Below are positions 51,715-62,719 of a stretch of DNA of 64,000 bases, piece by piece. The notes beneath the pieces were generated by a model, which saw only the letters and a list, made by a program, of their open reading frames with translations, ran no database searches and had not been told where the DNA came from. The stretch is from positions 288,001-352,000 of the forward strand of contig CAVSJV010000005.1 of assembly GCA_963728405.1 (NCBI GenBank), read 5' to 3'. Source of the DNA: Methanomassiliicoccaceae archaeon. GTDB lineage: Archaea; Thermoplasmatota; Thermoplasmata; Methanomassiliicoccales; Methanomassiliicoccaceae. A program made the position numbers and the translations under genes. How positions within the stretch are numbered: the stretch's first letter is position 1; each line of letters begins with the position of its first letter.

Positions 51715-52844
51715 GTGATCGACAGGGTATCAAGTCTGCCGATCTCGGAGACCCTTCGCGAAGAGGTGATGAGGGAGATCAGATACGGAAGAGGAGAACC
51801 TATCGCTTATCGGCCGGCATGTTCTACGGGCCAGACGCCTGTTGCCGCTCCTCGTGGCCCTGATCGCCCTCAATGTCATTTTGGCCTTCGTCCAACCGCA
51901 TTATGCCGTTACCTGGATCGTTGCCAGCTTCTTCGTTTACATGTACTACTTTATCGTGCTGCTCTTTCCCACCACCCGGCGGGTGCGGACCCCTGCGGAC
52001 AAGAAGGAAGGTCGAAGGGCCTTGCCGAGGGGGAAGAGGACCAAAGGGCTCAGGGGAGTGGTCATGAGGGGCAAGAAGGCCGTGGTGGTCGCCTTCTGGA
52101 ACAGCTTCTTCATTGGCACCCAGACCCTGGCTAGAGGGATAATTCTGATATTATCCATAAGCATGGCCTTCGCCCTGCTCAGCGGTCTGTTCTGGGAGTC
52201 CCGGACCTCTTCTCCACCGCTGTCGTCGTCATCCAGGCAATGGCCATAATGGGCTACTATTGGGTCATAATCCATTACCGGCCCTATTCCAAGGACTTCC
52301 TAAAGACCGTGGCCAGGGTGAGACGCGATCGGAGCAAGGAAGCGAGATGGATAGTCTAACTGAAGGGTGTATTCATCGTCCTCGCCCTATTGACCGTTTT
52401 CGTCATCTTCCTCATCAGTGCCATCTTCCTACCAAAACAATCCATCGATGCCGTCCTCTCCCACATGGACGAGGACTTCGCTCTGACATTGCTCGGACGG
52501 TGGTGATCTTCATTTCCCGATTCGTCATCGTCCGCTATATCCAAGGGTTCGACAGCGCGAATATAACGACCCATTTCATCAAGAACAAGCTGGACTTCCT
52601 CCGAAACGATATCCTATCGGGATTGGAATCGATCGAGAAGGAGGAACCGGGCCCGGATAGATCGGCAAGATTCAGAGCTCTCCAGAAGAGGTTCCGGGTG
52701 TCCAGGATATACAAGGTGGCCTACAAGGACCTGTTCGGGTTCCTGCCGACCTATCCGATCATCGTCGACTTCGTGTCCATCCTGGAAAAGGACGTGGCGG
52801 AGGCCCTGGGGGAGGAGATCCCGTTGGACATTTCCTCGGGGTAA
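51715..52844 (+). CDS. Hypothetical membrane protein (several frameshifts)
   Basis: ORFs 51715, 51842 and 52260 join into a multi-TM protein with a soluble C-terminal part. Confidence 0.55.
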
Positions 52845-52990
52845 GCGGCTTGGCGGTCAAGGCGGGAAGTTCCAATCATTTAGGCCAGTTAGCCTTAGTT
52901 TATCATTTTTTAATTAGATAACGTTTAACTATTCTCCACTCCGAACAGTCGATTAGCTGAGTTTGAGAGGCCAGCGTACGGAGGCACATT

Positions 52991-53457
52991 ATGACGATGG
53001 AGGCTATGCAGAAACAAAAGGTCGTGGGGCCCGTGGATTACCTGGTCGTGAGATTCCCCGGGAACAAGTTCACGGGCACGATCGCTCCAGAAATGCACCG
53101 GCTACAAGATGAGGGGATAGTCAGGATAATTGACTTCCTTATCATTCGCAAGGATGAGGCCGGGAACGTCGAGCCGATCGAGATGCGGACCTAGGGGAGG
53201 ATGTGAAGAAGGATTTTGAGGCCTTAATGGAGAATGTCAACAGCGAGTGGTTTTCCCAGAACGATGTGGATATCATCGGGGCCGGATTACCAAACGGCAC
53301 ATCGGCCGGGGCAATTCTCTACGAGAATACCTGGGCGGCAAAGCTCGTTGAGGCATTCCGGGAGAATGGGGCCGAGCTCCTGGAGCAGGGACGCATCACT
53401 GCCGACCGGGTCGACGAGGTGTTCAACGAACGGATTTCCCCAAAGGCGAGAGGATAG
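52991..53457 (+). CDS. DUF6325-like protein (frameshift near 53185)
   Basis: GPVDYLVVRFPGNKFTG.IAPE, VRIIDF, then SAGAILYENTWA, GRI. Confidence 0.75.
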
Positions 53458-53469
53458 GAGGTATGGTTC

Positions 53470-53727
53470 ATGAGAGGCAGAGGTATAGCCCTGGTGGCAG
53501 GAATGAGAATGGGACAGAAGAGGGGCGAGCAGCAGGCGCAGGCGCAGCAACAACAGCAGGCCCAAGCGGCCCAGCAGCAGGCACCTGCACCAGCGCCGGC
53601 CGCTCCGGCTGCGGCGGCAGCACCGGACATCACGGCTGAGCTCCAGAAGCTGACCCAGCTACACCAATCTGGAGCTCTTTCCGACCAGGAGTTCGCTGCA
53701 GCCAAGCAGAAGCTACTGTCGGGTTGA
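53470..53727 (+). CDS. SHOCT-domain protein with Q/A/P-rich linker
   Basis: DITAELQKLTQLHQSGALSDQEFAAAKQKLL. Confidence 0.85.
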   Translation: MRGRGIALVAGMRMGQKRGEQQAQAQQQQQAQAAQQQAPAPAPAAPAAAAAPDITAELQKLTQLHQSGALSDQEFAAAKQKLLSG

Positions 53728-53745
53728 GGTTAATTATTTCACGTG

Positions 53746-53796
53746 GCCGCCCCTAGATATCTCCAATGGTATCTAGCGGTGCGGACAACTATTTTT
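53746..53796. terminator. Hairpin plus T-tract between convergent genes
   Basis: CTAGATATC-TCCAAT-GGTATCTAG stem followed by ATTTTT. Confidence 0.45.
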
Positions 53797-53859
53797 CTGC
53801 CAATCGTTTAAGGTTCTAATGCTCGGGCCACTAAGCCATCGTTGCTCACTAAGATCCAC

Positions 53860-54558
53860 TCACTCTTTCTTCTCACCCGGTTGCCACGTCCCTACGAGCC
53901 GGGAGATCAGGATTGCCATGTACAAAACTCCCATCAGGACCTCGATGATGATTAGCCCCCGAGCCTCCTGGGTGGTCGGCAATATGTCCCCATATCCCAG
54001 GGTGGCCAAGGTAACGAAGCTAAAGTAGATCATTGTGGAGAAGCTCATCGCCACGTCCGGGAAAACGCTGTCCCTGAACGATCCTGGGACCAATGCTTCT
54101 ATTGATGCATAAAAGCTAGCCCAGGCAAGACCGAGCAACAGATAGGCCGATATAGCCTGCCATATGGTGCGAGAGGAGACCTCTTTGGTCGTGAACAGGG
54201 CAAGGAACAGCAGCAGTGATACCAGGGCCAAGGTCAGGGTCCCGAACAGGTAAGCTATTTCGTTGAGGATCAATCCGCCGACGAGGAAATAGGCCCATCT
54301 ACTGCCCACCGCAATGGCCATCAGGCTCAATCCAAGGAGCCTTACTCGGGGATTATCGCCAGCTGTTAGGACGCTGGATATCAGAATTAAAGAGAATAAT
54401 ATCGAGAATACGAACGCCCCGATATCACCTTTGACGAAAGGAAAGAGGACTATAAGCAGAGCAAAAAGGAACCATAACGACACGAATCGGTACCCAGGAA
54501 TCCTCCGCTCCAGATAGTCGATTGACTTTTTTATCAACGAGATGAACGGGTCGTTCAA
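53860..54558 (-). CDS. Potassium channel family protein (Ion_trans_2)
   Basis: YFSFVTLATLGYGDILP selectivity-filter region with extra N-terminal TMs. Confidence 0.85.
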   Translation of the reverse strand: MNDPFISLIKKSIDYLERRIPGYRFVSLWFLFALLIVLFPFVKGDIGAFVFSILFSLILISSVLTAGDNPRVRLLGLSLMAIAVGSRWAYFLVGGLILNEIAYLFGTLTLALVSLLLFLALFTTKEVSSRTIWQAISAYLLLGLAWASFYASIEALVPGSFRDSVFPDVAMSFSTMIYFSFVTLATLGYGDILPTTQEARGLIIIEVLMGVLYMAILISRLVGTWQPGEKKE

Positions 54559-54574
54559 GAGCTCCCTCCCAAGG

Positions 54575-55453
54575 TCACTTCATCGCCCCCTTCTCGTTCG
54601 GAACGGTCCCCTTCCTTTCCTTTCTGCCCCACTCTCCCGCAGCGATCGTCAGGATGGTCAGGGATACCACCGACACCAGCAATACGGTCACCCCGACCAG
54701 GGGGCGGTCGGCGAAGTTGGTCGCTGCGGTCAGGATGCCCGCCGATATATTGCGTTGGGCCGTGGCGATGCCGAGGACCCTTCTGGTGCCGAGGTCACGT
54801 CCCCCTAAGAAATAACCGATGATCAGGGCGAGGACCACGAAGATCAAGGAGAACACGATGGCCCCCGTGCCGAAGGTGCCAGTGATGCGGTCCCAGTACG
54901 CCCCCAGGAAGAGGAAGAGCAGGAAGAGGATGCTTACCGTGGTCACACGGTTCAATATGCCAGCGGCATGCTCGGCGAACTCATCGTAGCGCCATTTGAC
55001 CGCAAGCCCGATGCCTAAAGGTATCAACATCAGGAATATCAGAGGCTGGGCGATCGCCCAGGGATCGACCTTTACACCAGGGATGATCAACGGCAGAACG
55101 GTGGGGAGAACGATGACCGTGACGACCATCAGCAGGGTCATGACCCCTACCCCGAAGGCGATGTTGCCCCTGGCGAACTGGGTCAGCTTTGGGATGAATG
55201 GCGCCCCGGCAGCCAGAGCGAGAATGAACATTCCTATCTTGACATCATCGTCCAGGGGGATGATGGTGCTCAGGATGATGATCAAGGCCGGCACGATGAT
55301 GAAATTAGCTAGCAATGCCGAAAATACAAGTCTTACGTTCCTCAGAGGCTGGGCGATCTTCTGGGGGGTCAGGCTCAGTCCCATGGATAGCATGCTCCCG
55401 ACCACGAAGGTCAGACCGAACACTGCGATGAGGGTGGTGAGGAGATCGGCCAT
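54575..55453 (-). CDS. Bile acid:sodium symporter (BASS) family transporter
   Basis: MLSMGLSLT, LLANFIIVP, AGAPFIPK, TAQRNISA. Confidence 0.85.
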   Translation of the reverse strand: MADLLTTLIAVFGLTFVVGSMLSMGLSLTPQKIAQPLRNVRLVFSALLANFIIVPALIIILSTIIPLDDDVKIGMFILALAAGAPFIPKLTQFARGNIAFGVGVMTLLMVVTVIVLPTVLPLIIPGVKVDPWAIAQPLIFLMLIPLGIGLAVKWRYDEFAEHAAGILNRVTTVSILFLLFLFLGAYWDRITGTFGTGAIVFSLIFVVLALIIGYFLGGRDLGTRRVLGIATAQRNISAGILTAATNFADRPLVGVTVLLVSVVSLTILTIAAGEWGRKERKGTVPNEKGAMK

Positions 55454-55539
55454 TCTTGGTTCGCCCTGACAAGCCACCTATCTGGGCTATGTCGATAATC
55501 ATCTGGAACCTCGGCGTATATATTGCTGTCCTTTCCGCC

Positions 55540-56589
55540 CTAGGTGAGGTGGAGCCCCAGCCTACGGGCCATGCTCCATGGCCACCTTATGCTCCCTTCG
55601 GGAAACCCGCCCTCTCAGCTCAGGATAGGCATTGGCCCGATGCTCGGGATGGTATTGGGCCATGATGTTCACCAGGGAATTGGGCATATGGTCGGCCAGC
55701 CAGTCCAAAACCGGCAGGGTGCAACACTCCAGATGTCCCGGCAGCATCAGGTGACGGACGATCGACCTCGCCTTGAGTGGCAGGCCACCAGATGGTTCCT
55801 GGTAACTATGCGCATGTAGTCCCTGGTGCCCGATAGCCGAAGGGCACAGGAATCGTTTCCATACTTGAGGTCGGTCAGATAGATATCAATGGTGCCGTCC
55901 AGCAGGGCCATGGCCTTCTCCGACAGGTACATGTTGGAGTTCCAGACCTGGGCTATGTTCGCGCCCATATGGCCGAGGACCTCCAGAATATAGGGAATGT
56001 CAGGCGTGGGATCCCCTCCGACCCAGTTGACGTTCCTTATCTTTGCCTCGCGATCAGGAGCTGACCTCTCGACCCCCACAGCTCCTGCGACCAATCTCTC
56101 TATGTGCAGAGCCGTCTCCTCAACGGGGACCTTCCGCCCACGGTCCGGGTGGGTGCTGATCTCGTAGTTCTGGCAGAATGCGCACTGGATGTTGCAACCG
56201 GCGAAGAAGATGGTGTAGGATGGTACCAGCGGCTCCTCCTCTCCCCAGTGGACGAAATGGCTGGCCACCCTTGGCTCAAGCACACCGCATCGTCCCCTGG
56301 TCCCGATGGTGCGGCCCACTCGGCAATCGTGCTCACAGAAGCAACACGCCTTCAGCAGCTCCTTCCCGATCTTCCTCTTTAGATCCAATAGGCTATTTTC
56401 CACCACCCTGGGAATGGAATTGTCAATGACGAGTTCCCTGTATCTCTCCATCATCTGACCGTGGGCCTGCCACATCTTTGCTAGGGAAAGGTCATCATCC
56501 TGATTGGCCTCCAGCGAGCGAGCTAGCAGGTATCGGGCGTACGATCGCCCTTCGAGGATCGCTTGGTAACGTTCAAGGTAAGGGCTCAT
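55540..56589 (-). CDS. PflX-like radical SAM protein (frameshifts near 55765 and 55570)
   Basis: CCFCEHDCRV, GEEEPLVPS, GCNIQCAFCQN, NWVGGDP, WNSNMY, DLKYGND, PGHLECCT. Confidence 0.85.
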
Positions 56590-57373
56590 GGCGTCGAGCG
56601 CCTCCTGGGGAGCGCTGAGCCCGTCCGATGTCGGCCCACCCGACCTTCTGGTCGATCTCCTACGATGAACCCCCTCAGGTAGCGATCGGTTTCCCCATGG
56701 TTACTGGGCGGTAGACATATTGGGATAGCATCTTCTCGGTCTCGAAGGGTTTGGGAACGTTCTCCCAGACCACGCCACCCCCCGAATGGAACTGGATGCC
56801 CGGCATCCTTCTAACGGCGCGGCCGATCTGGGCGGAGGTCGCGATGTGATGTCCCCGAAGCCGAAGACCCTTTCCATGAACGGTTGATTGAGGGAGATGT
56901 TCTGCACCTTGTCGAGACCGGTATCGCTATAGTGCCGGCTTAGGAAACCATACTGATTGATGATCCGCCGGTCAGTGAGAGCGAACACGGTGTTCCTCCA
57001 TTGGAGGTACGTCGTGATCAGCGGCAGTGCCCCCAGGACCGCCGGTATGCTGGCCAGGGAGCGGTGGACGGAGACCAGGAACGCGATGGCGCCACCCCCG
57101 CGATCGCCGCGGGGATCCCGAACCGCCGGTCGAAGGGAGTCATCAGTCCGGTCAGGACCAATGCGGCCACCAGGTAGGCCAGGGTGCCGTTATATGTCAT
57201 TATTATGGCTGCGTAGATGGGAGCTAGGACGATCAGAATAATGGGTTTGAGCAGAACCACGGTCATTGCTGGTCTGTCCCCCCATATCGCCTTCTCGCCC
57301 TGCACCAGGTGCCGCGTGTCGAGTATTACCTGGGACGGGGCTTAATCGTTGCTTGCTCCGTCTGGGTTGTCAT
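56586..57373 (-). CDS. Membrane protein with bacterial PH (bPH_2) domain (multiple frameshifts)
   Basis: TMs, then FALTDRRII..GFLSR, KVQNI, QPFMERVFGFGDI. Confidence 0.65.
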
Positions 57374-57697
57374 GTCACACCTCACGGCCCTCTTACCGTT
57401 ATGGGGTCGATCCGACGGACCCTGGTCGGATGATCGCTCTTATTTAAACTCGGTTGGACATGGATGTATCAATGATTCACTCGAACGGCGATTATCTTCA
57501 TGCTTAGCCGTCCTTTCCGCGCAGGCCCGCGATCTTCTAGCGGGCCATGCCGAAGAAACGTCCTGAAATTACCATATCCCAATGATCTCTGAGATGGCCC
57601 CTTAATGATCTGCTCGACCGACCGGCGCCCCGTTCTGCTCCAAGATTTGAAACGGTTCGGAACAGGGGGTTCGCCGGTGGCCGATGCAGCGGTTGCT

Positions 57698-60040
57698 CTA
57701 AAATCGGGCTATGATCGCCATTGCCTCCTTCTCCAGGTCCACATACGCTCGGCCGCTCAGGTCGATGGCCACCCTGTTGATGGCTCCATTGAAGGTCCAA
57801 GGTCGTTCGCCGGGCAGATCGGCGGTCACTCCCTCGCCGTACCCACGGCCTACGGTGCAGTAGGAACCCAGGCCGAACCGGCCGGGCTGGGTCCGGATCT
57901 TGCCCTCGCCTACTTTCTCTTCGTTCACGAACAGGGTCAGCGTGCCATAGGCCACGCCCTTGGGCTTCTCGCCCTCCCGGTCGAAGGTCGCCGCTAGGAT
58001 GAGGTTCTCTCCTGCCGGGATCTTCTCCTCGGAAGTGATGGTCGTGGTCTCGATGCCCACGAAGTTGTAGGCATACTTGAGGTGACCGTCCTTCATGTAC
58101 AGCACATGGCCACCGAAGCGGGTGCCTTCCTGGAACAGGATGCCCTGCCCCCCTCCTTCAGGGACGTTGACAACAGCGCCGATCTTGAACGATCGGTTCA
58201 GGATATTGGGGGCAACGGCCTCGGGCACCGGGTCGGTCCCCGGGAAATATACATAGCGGTTCATGTGCTTGGCCAGCTGGGGTCGTGGCGAGGTCAGTAT
58301 CTCCACCGGACCCCGGTCGTCGATGGGTAGCCCGTTGTAGCGGCCTGCCGCAGCATACCACAAGGCCCTGAGCTCCTCAAGTTTATCCGGGTTCTGGGCG
58401 GCCAGATCCATTGATTCCGAACGGTCCTCGTCAACCTTGAAAAGCTCCCAGTGATCCTGGCTGAAATGGCCCCAGTTGCTGAGCGTGGGATGGGTCGTGC
58501 TGGCCTTCCAGCCTTTGCTCCACATGCCCCTGCTGCCGATCATTTGGTAATATTGGGTGTCCTTCTTGGTGGGGGCAAAGACACTATCGAAGGAGTACCG
58601 CATGCTGACGCCTTCCAGCGGCCATTGGGTGTAGCCCTTCACCGCTTCCGGCAGGGATATGTTCAGGCAATCCAGAACGGTGGGCACGATGTCCGTGACA
58701 TGGTGGTACTGTTGCCTGACCCCCTCCCCCTTGATCCCTTTGGGCCAGGAGACTATGAGCATGTCGCAGGTCCCTCCGCTATAGGCAGCATACCGCTTGT
58801 ACATCTTGAACGGAGTGCAGAACGCCGTGGCCCAGCCGGTGGGGTAATGGTTGTAGGTATTGACGCCCCCGAGCTCATCGATCATCTTCAGGTTGGCCTT
58901 GATATCGTCGGGGATGCCATTGAAGAACAGGTTCTCGTTCACCGAGCCATTAGGGCCGCCCTCCCCACTGGCACCGTTATCGGACAATGTGATGATGATA
59001 GTATTGTCCAGCTGGCCCGACTGCTCGAGGTAGTCGATGAGCCGCCCGATCTCATGGTCCGTATAGCTCACGAAACCGGCGTAGACCTCTGCCATGCGGG
59101 CGAACAGCTTCCTTTCCTCGTCCGAGAGAGTATCCCACGGCCGAACGGTGTCGAGGACCGGCCAGTCCTGGCCTTCCGGCCCCTTCTCGCCTATCAGGGG
59201 GTTAATGGGGGTGAGCTCGGTATCCTTGGGCAACAGCCCCATCTTCTTCTGCCTCTCCAGGGTCGCCTCGCGGTATTTCTCATAGCCTTCATCGAACTTC
59301 CCCTTGTACTTGTCCGCCCACTCCTTGAAAACATGGTGGGGGGCATGCGCGCACCCGGGGCAGAAATGCATGAAGAACGGCTTGTCCGGAGCGATCTGTT
59401 TTGCATCCTGGATCATCTTAATGGCCTGGTCCGTGAGGTCCTTACTGAGATGATACCCTTCCTCTGGGGTGGCCGGGGGGTCGACCATGTGGTTGTCATA
59501 CAACAGGTCCGGATACCATTGGTTGGTCTCGCCGCCCATGAAGCCGTAGAATCGTTCGAAGCCCCGATCGGTCGGCCAGTTCCTTTTGGACGAGGCTTGA
59601 TGGCTCTCCTCCTCTGGCGTGAGGTGCCACTTGCCGACGGCATAGGTATTGTACCCGCGCTCCACGAGTATCTCGGCCAGTGTAGCAGTTTCCTGCGGTA
59701 TCCGTCCATTGGAGCCTGGGAACCCTGTCGTCGCCTCGGTGATCGCGACCATGCCCACCGTGGTATGGTTGCGGCCAGTGAGCAGGCAGGCCCGGGTGGG
59801 CGAGCACAGCGCTGTGGTGTGGAACTGGCTATAGCGAAGCCCGGCGTCCGCCAACCTCTTCATCGTGGGGGTCTCGATGCTCCCTCCGAAGGGCTCCATA
59901 GCCCCGAAGCCCACATCATCCCAGACGATGAACAACACGTTGGGCGAACCCTCAGGGGCGCTCGGTTGCTCATAGGGCCCCCAATCGGGGACGGAATCCC
60001 GGATATCAATATTAATAACTCCTCTGAACGGTTCGCGCAT
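57698..60040 (-). CDS. Cys-type arylsulfatase, no signal peptide
   Basis: PNVLFIVWDDVG, ALCSPTRACLLTGRN (CxPxR), GKWHL, AHAPH, SDNGAS. Confidence 0.93.
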   Translation of the reverse strand: MREPFRGVINIDIRDSVPDWGPYEQPSAPEGSPNVLFIVWDDVGFGAMEPFGGSIETPTMKRLADAGLRYSQFHTTALCSPTRACLLTGRNHTTVGMVAITEATTGFPGSNGRIPQETATLAEILVERGYNTYAVGKWHLTPEEESHQASSKRNWPTDRGFERFYGFMGGETNQWYPDLLYDNHMVDPPATPEEGYHLSKDLTDQAIKMIQDAKQIAPDKPFFMHFCPGCAHAPHHVFKEWADKYKGKFDEGYEKYREATLERQKKMGLLPKDTELTPINPLIGEKGPEGQDWPVLDTVRPWDTLSDEERKLFARMAEVYAGFVSYTDHEIGRLIDYLEQSGQLDNTIIITLSDNGASGEGGPNGSVNENLFFNGIPDDIKANLKMIDELGGVNTYNHYPTGWATAFCTPFKMYKRYAAYSGGTCDMLIVSWPKGIKGEGVRQQYHHVTDIVPTVLDCLNISLPEAVKGYTQWPLEGVSMRYSFDSVFAPTKKDTQYYQMIGSRGMWSKGWKASTTHPTLSNWGHFSQDHWELFKVDEDRSESMDLAAQNPDKLEELRALWYAAAGRYNGLPIDDRGPVEILTSPRPQLAKHMNRYVYFPGTDPVPEAVAPNILNRSFKIGAVVNVPEGGGQGILFQEGTRFGGHVLYMKDGHLKYAYNFVGIETTTITSEEKIPAGENLILAATFDREGEKPKGVAYGTLTLFVNEEKVGEGKIRTQPGRFGLGSYCTVGRGYGEGVTADLPGERPWTFNGAINRVAIDLSGRAYVDLEKEAMAIIARF

Positions 60041-60298
60041 TTCATTTCACCTCGGTGTCCCTGCCAGGAGCCACCTTGCGGCCCGGCCAAGGGATCATGA
60101 CCGACGTGCCAAACGCATGGTGAAAATACGTTGGACGCACCTGCGGCGGATAATTGCACCGAGCATGGAGAATGAGCGTAACTAAGAGCTGGAGCTGTCA
60201 CGTTCGAGGGCTGAGATCGGTCTACGATATGAATCAAGATGGAATGAGCTGATGGCCCCCCGTCCAAAAAGGAGGAGGACGGAGGGCCCCTGTGGCGT

Positions 60299-61407
60299 TC
60301 AGCGCCGGGAGACCAGCCGGGCGTAGTTCTTCTCGATCTCGTCGAGCAGCGTCCTGGAAGTGATCTTGCCCTCGCTCTTGGCGATCGCCGCGATGGCCGA
60401 GCCTCCGGCGCCCACTCCTTCCTTCGACCAGCCCGGTCTCATAGATCTTCAGGCCGTCATAGCGGGAAAGAGAGAAGTTCAGGTTAGCGGCTAGTACCGG
60501 CACCTTGCCGATCTTGGAGACCAGATAGCGGATGTCGGAGGTGGTGTCCTTGGATATCCATCGGGTAGTGCCGATGGCCACGTTCTCCAGGACCGAGTGA
60601 TCCATTCCTTTTACGATGGCGAGGACCGCGGCCATCTGGGTGCCGCCGGCCATGATCACCGGGATGGACTCGGCCGCCCCGACCACCAACCCGGCCGCCG
60701 CGGCCATCATGGGGTCGCCGACGGCCTCGATGGCCGCCATAGGGTCCTTCTTGAACGCCTCCCTACTCATGCCGCTCGCTTTGAGGCCCTCTTCGACCAC
60801 TCGGTTCTTCAGGTCATGGGGGTTGGTGGGAAAGCTGCTAGATATCTTGCCCGTGGCGTCATAGCCCAGGGCCATGAGCACCCCCAGGGCCGTCGTCGTC
60901 CCTCCGGCGATGGACTCGCCGACCACCAGGTAATCGCTCACCTTGGCCAGGTTCTTGCCCGCCAGGACCGCCCGGTCGAAGCTCTTCTCGGGGTCCTTGA
61001 CCGCCCGACCAGTGCGGATGTCCTCGCCGGGGGTGCCATCGACCTCGAAGTACGGGACGTGGGGGCGGACCCTCACGCCCGCCGTTCATGACGAAGATGG
61101 GCATCGAGGCCAGCTTGATCGATGACATGGTAATGAGGCCGGGAGTGGGGATCCCGTCGGGCGTCACTGGCACGCCCTCGATGCACTTGCACTTCCCGTA
61201 GAACAGGAGCTCCATGTCCGCGGCCGGGGTGTAATCGGTGAAGTCTGGATTGGCGCCGGCGGCAGAGATGCCCGGGATCTTGGCCGTTTCAGTGTTCCCG
61301 ATGACGCAGGCGTAGGTCGGATTCTTGCCCCAGATACGCTCCAGGAACTTCCTGGCCAGCTCATCCTCCAAGCAGACGATTATATCTTCCGGTACCTTGA
61401 ACGACAT
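60299..61407 (-). CDS. cobT: Archaeal nicotinate-nucleotide:dimethylbenzimidazole phosphoribosyltransferase (frameshifts near 61075 and 60420)
   Basis: TETAKIPGISAAG, TPAADME, GIPTPGLIT, GESIAGGTTTALG, GDPM, AGGTQM, (K)EGVGAGG. Confidence 0.88.
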
Positions 61408-61489
61408 CTTGTTCAGCTCCAGCTCCCATAAGTTGGATAATACATCCAACTGGAACGACTAGGGCTTATTAAATTTTGTCGCAGCTGGA

Positions 61490-62534
61490 CTATTGGACAA
61501 GAGAGTTGAACAGTTGGGTCAGGGGGCGGTAGTTCGTGGCCTTCTCGCAGAACCGTACGGTGGGCTTACCTGGCTCGGTGACCTCAGCCACGGCGAAGGG
61601 CACGTTCATGCGGATATGCTGCCCCGTCAGGGACGAGGTCCCGTGGTCTATGATGAAGGCCACACGATGCCCCATCATTCGGTCCAGATTCTCCATCAGC
61701 AGATCGTCGACCTCCTTGAGCAGGGCGACCTTTTGATCTGGCGCTCGGCGGTGCGAGATGTCGTCCGTCTCCTCGACGTGCATGAACACATTGGACGAGC
61801 TAAGTAAACGGAACGATTCCTGGAACCCGCTCCACATGTTGTCGACGACCTCGCGGTGGATGTTCAGCAGACCTCCGACGCCCAGCGCCGAGGGGCTCTT
61901 GGACACCATGACCAGGTTCTTTGCCGGGGCCACTGGACGATGCTTGCCGGCATCGCTGATGGAACCGCCGCCCCACGGAAGGATGGTCATACCGTCCATT
62001 TCCTTGGCCATGCGGTTGATGTAGCGGTCGAACTCTCCCAGCTGGACGATCTTGTTGAGCACCGGAGCGGGGGGGTTGGGGAATCCCTGGATGTGGTCCG
62101 TCTCCACGGTCATCACCCCTCGACCATCCTCATAGAAATAGAGGCGAGGGTTCAGATCCCCTAGCACAGTCCAGGTTGCGGATCATGGAGTCCTGTAGCT
62201 CGGCATGCATCTCCCTGGAAACGCGGTATAGCCACTCGATGTTGGTATCCCCCATCCGTACGGGGGAGAAACGATAAGCGACCTGGTTCGGCTCGACCGG
62301 AACGCCCAGTCCGACGGCCTCGACCAGCCCCCGAGGGACGTTTAGGCTCTGGCCGGTCAAGAATTCCAGGAGGAAGAGATGGGTATACTCTCGGCCGTCG
62401 GTCCATCCGAACTCGCCATGGGAGGCCACATTGTCGATGAACTTTTTCTCGAAGGACTCTAAAGGGGTCATCCCGCCGAGTTCCGGGATCTTATCATCGG
62501 CCGCCCCGTCCAAGAGAATAATGAGAGTGTTCAA
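61490..62534 (-). CDS. ApgM/cofactor-independent phosphoglycerate-mutase-like metalloenzyme, divergent (frameshift near 62165)
   Basis: IILLDGAAD..ELGGMTPLE, RGLVEAVGLG, FMHVEETDDISH, IDHGT, GQH..VPF. Confidence 0.75.
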
Positions 62535-62682
62535 AATCTTCCCCTCTTCACTATCGTTTCGAGACCAGATATAACGTCTGGATAATAAGGTTTCGGTAAC
62601 GATTGGATGCTTTCTAGACTGGTTCATCCAACCCTATGAACTGAAGGGGGACAAATGGCTAGAACAGGAGGCATGACGCAGG

Positions 62683-62698
62683 ATAACGCGCTTTAAAG
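62683..62698 (+). promoter_or_regulatory. TATA promoter upstream of the structured intergenic region
   Basis: ATAACGCGC-TTTAAAG, with the TATA ending ~22 nt before the first base of the long stem at 62720. Confidence 0.55.
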
Positions 62699-62719
62699 TA
62701 TGGAGATCAGCGAGCTACA

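Noticed and set aside
53520-53625. CAG/GCA-rich repeat
   Set aside because: It encodes the Q/A/P linker of the SHOCT protein and is not an array.
52991-55570. Pyrrolysine (TAG) read-through at premature TAG stops such as 53192 and 55562 (also 10767)
   Set aside because: In each case the homologous sequence continues in a different frame, so a frameshift rather than read-through explains the stop.
58451-60100. 549-aa plus-strand ORF
   Set aside because: Antisense shadow of the arylsulfatase.
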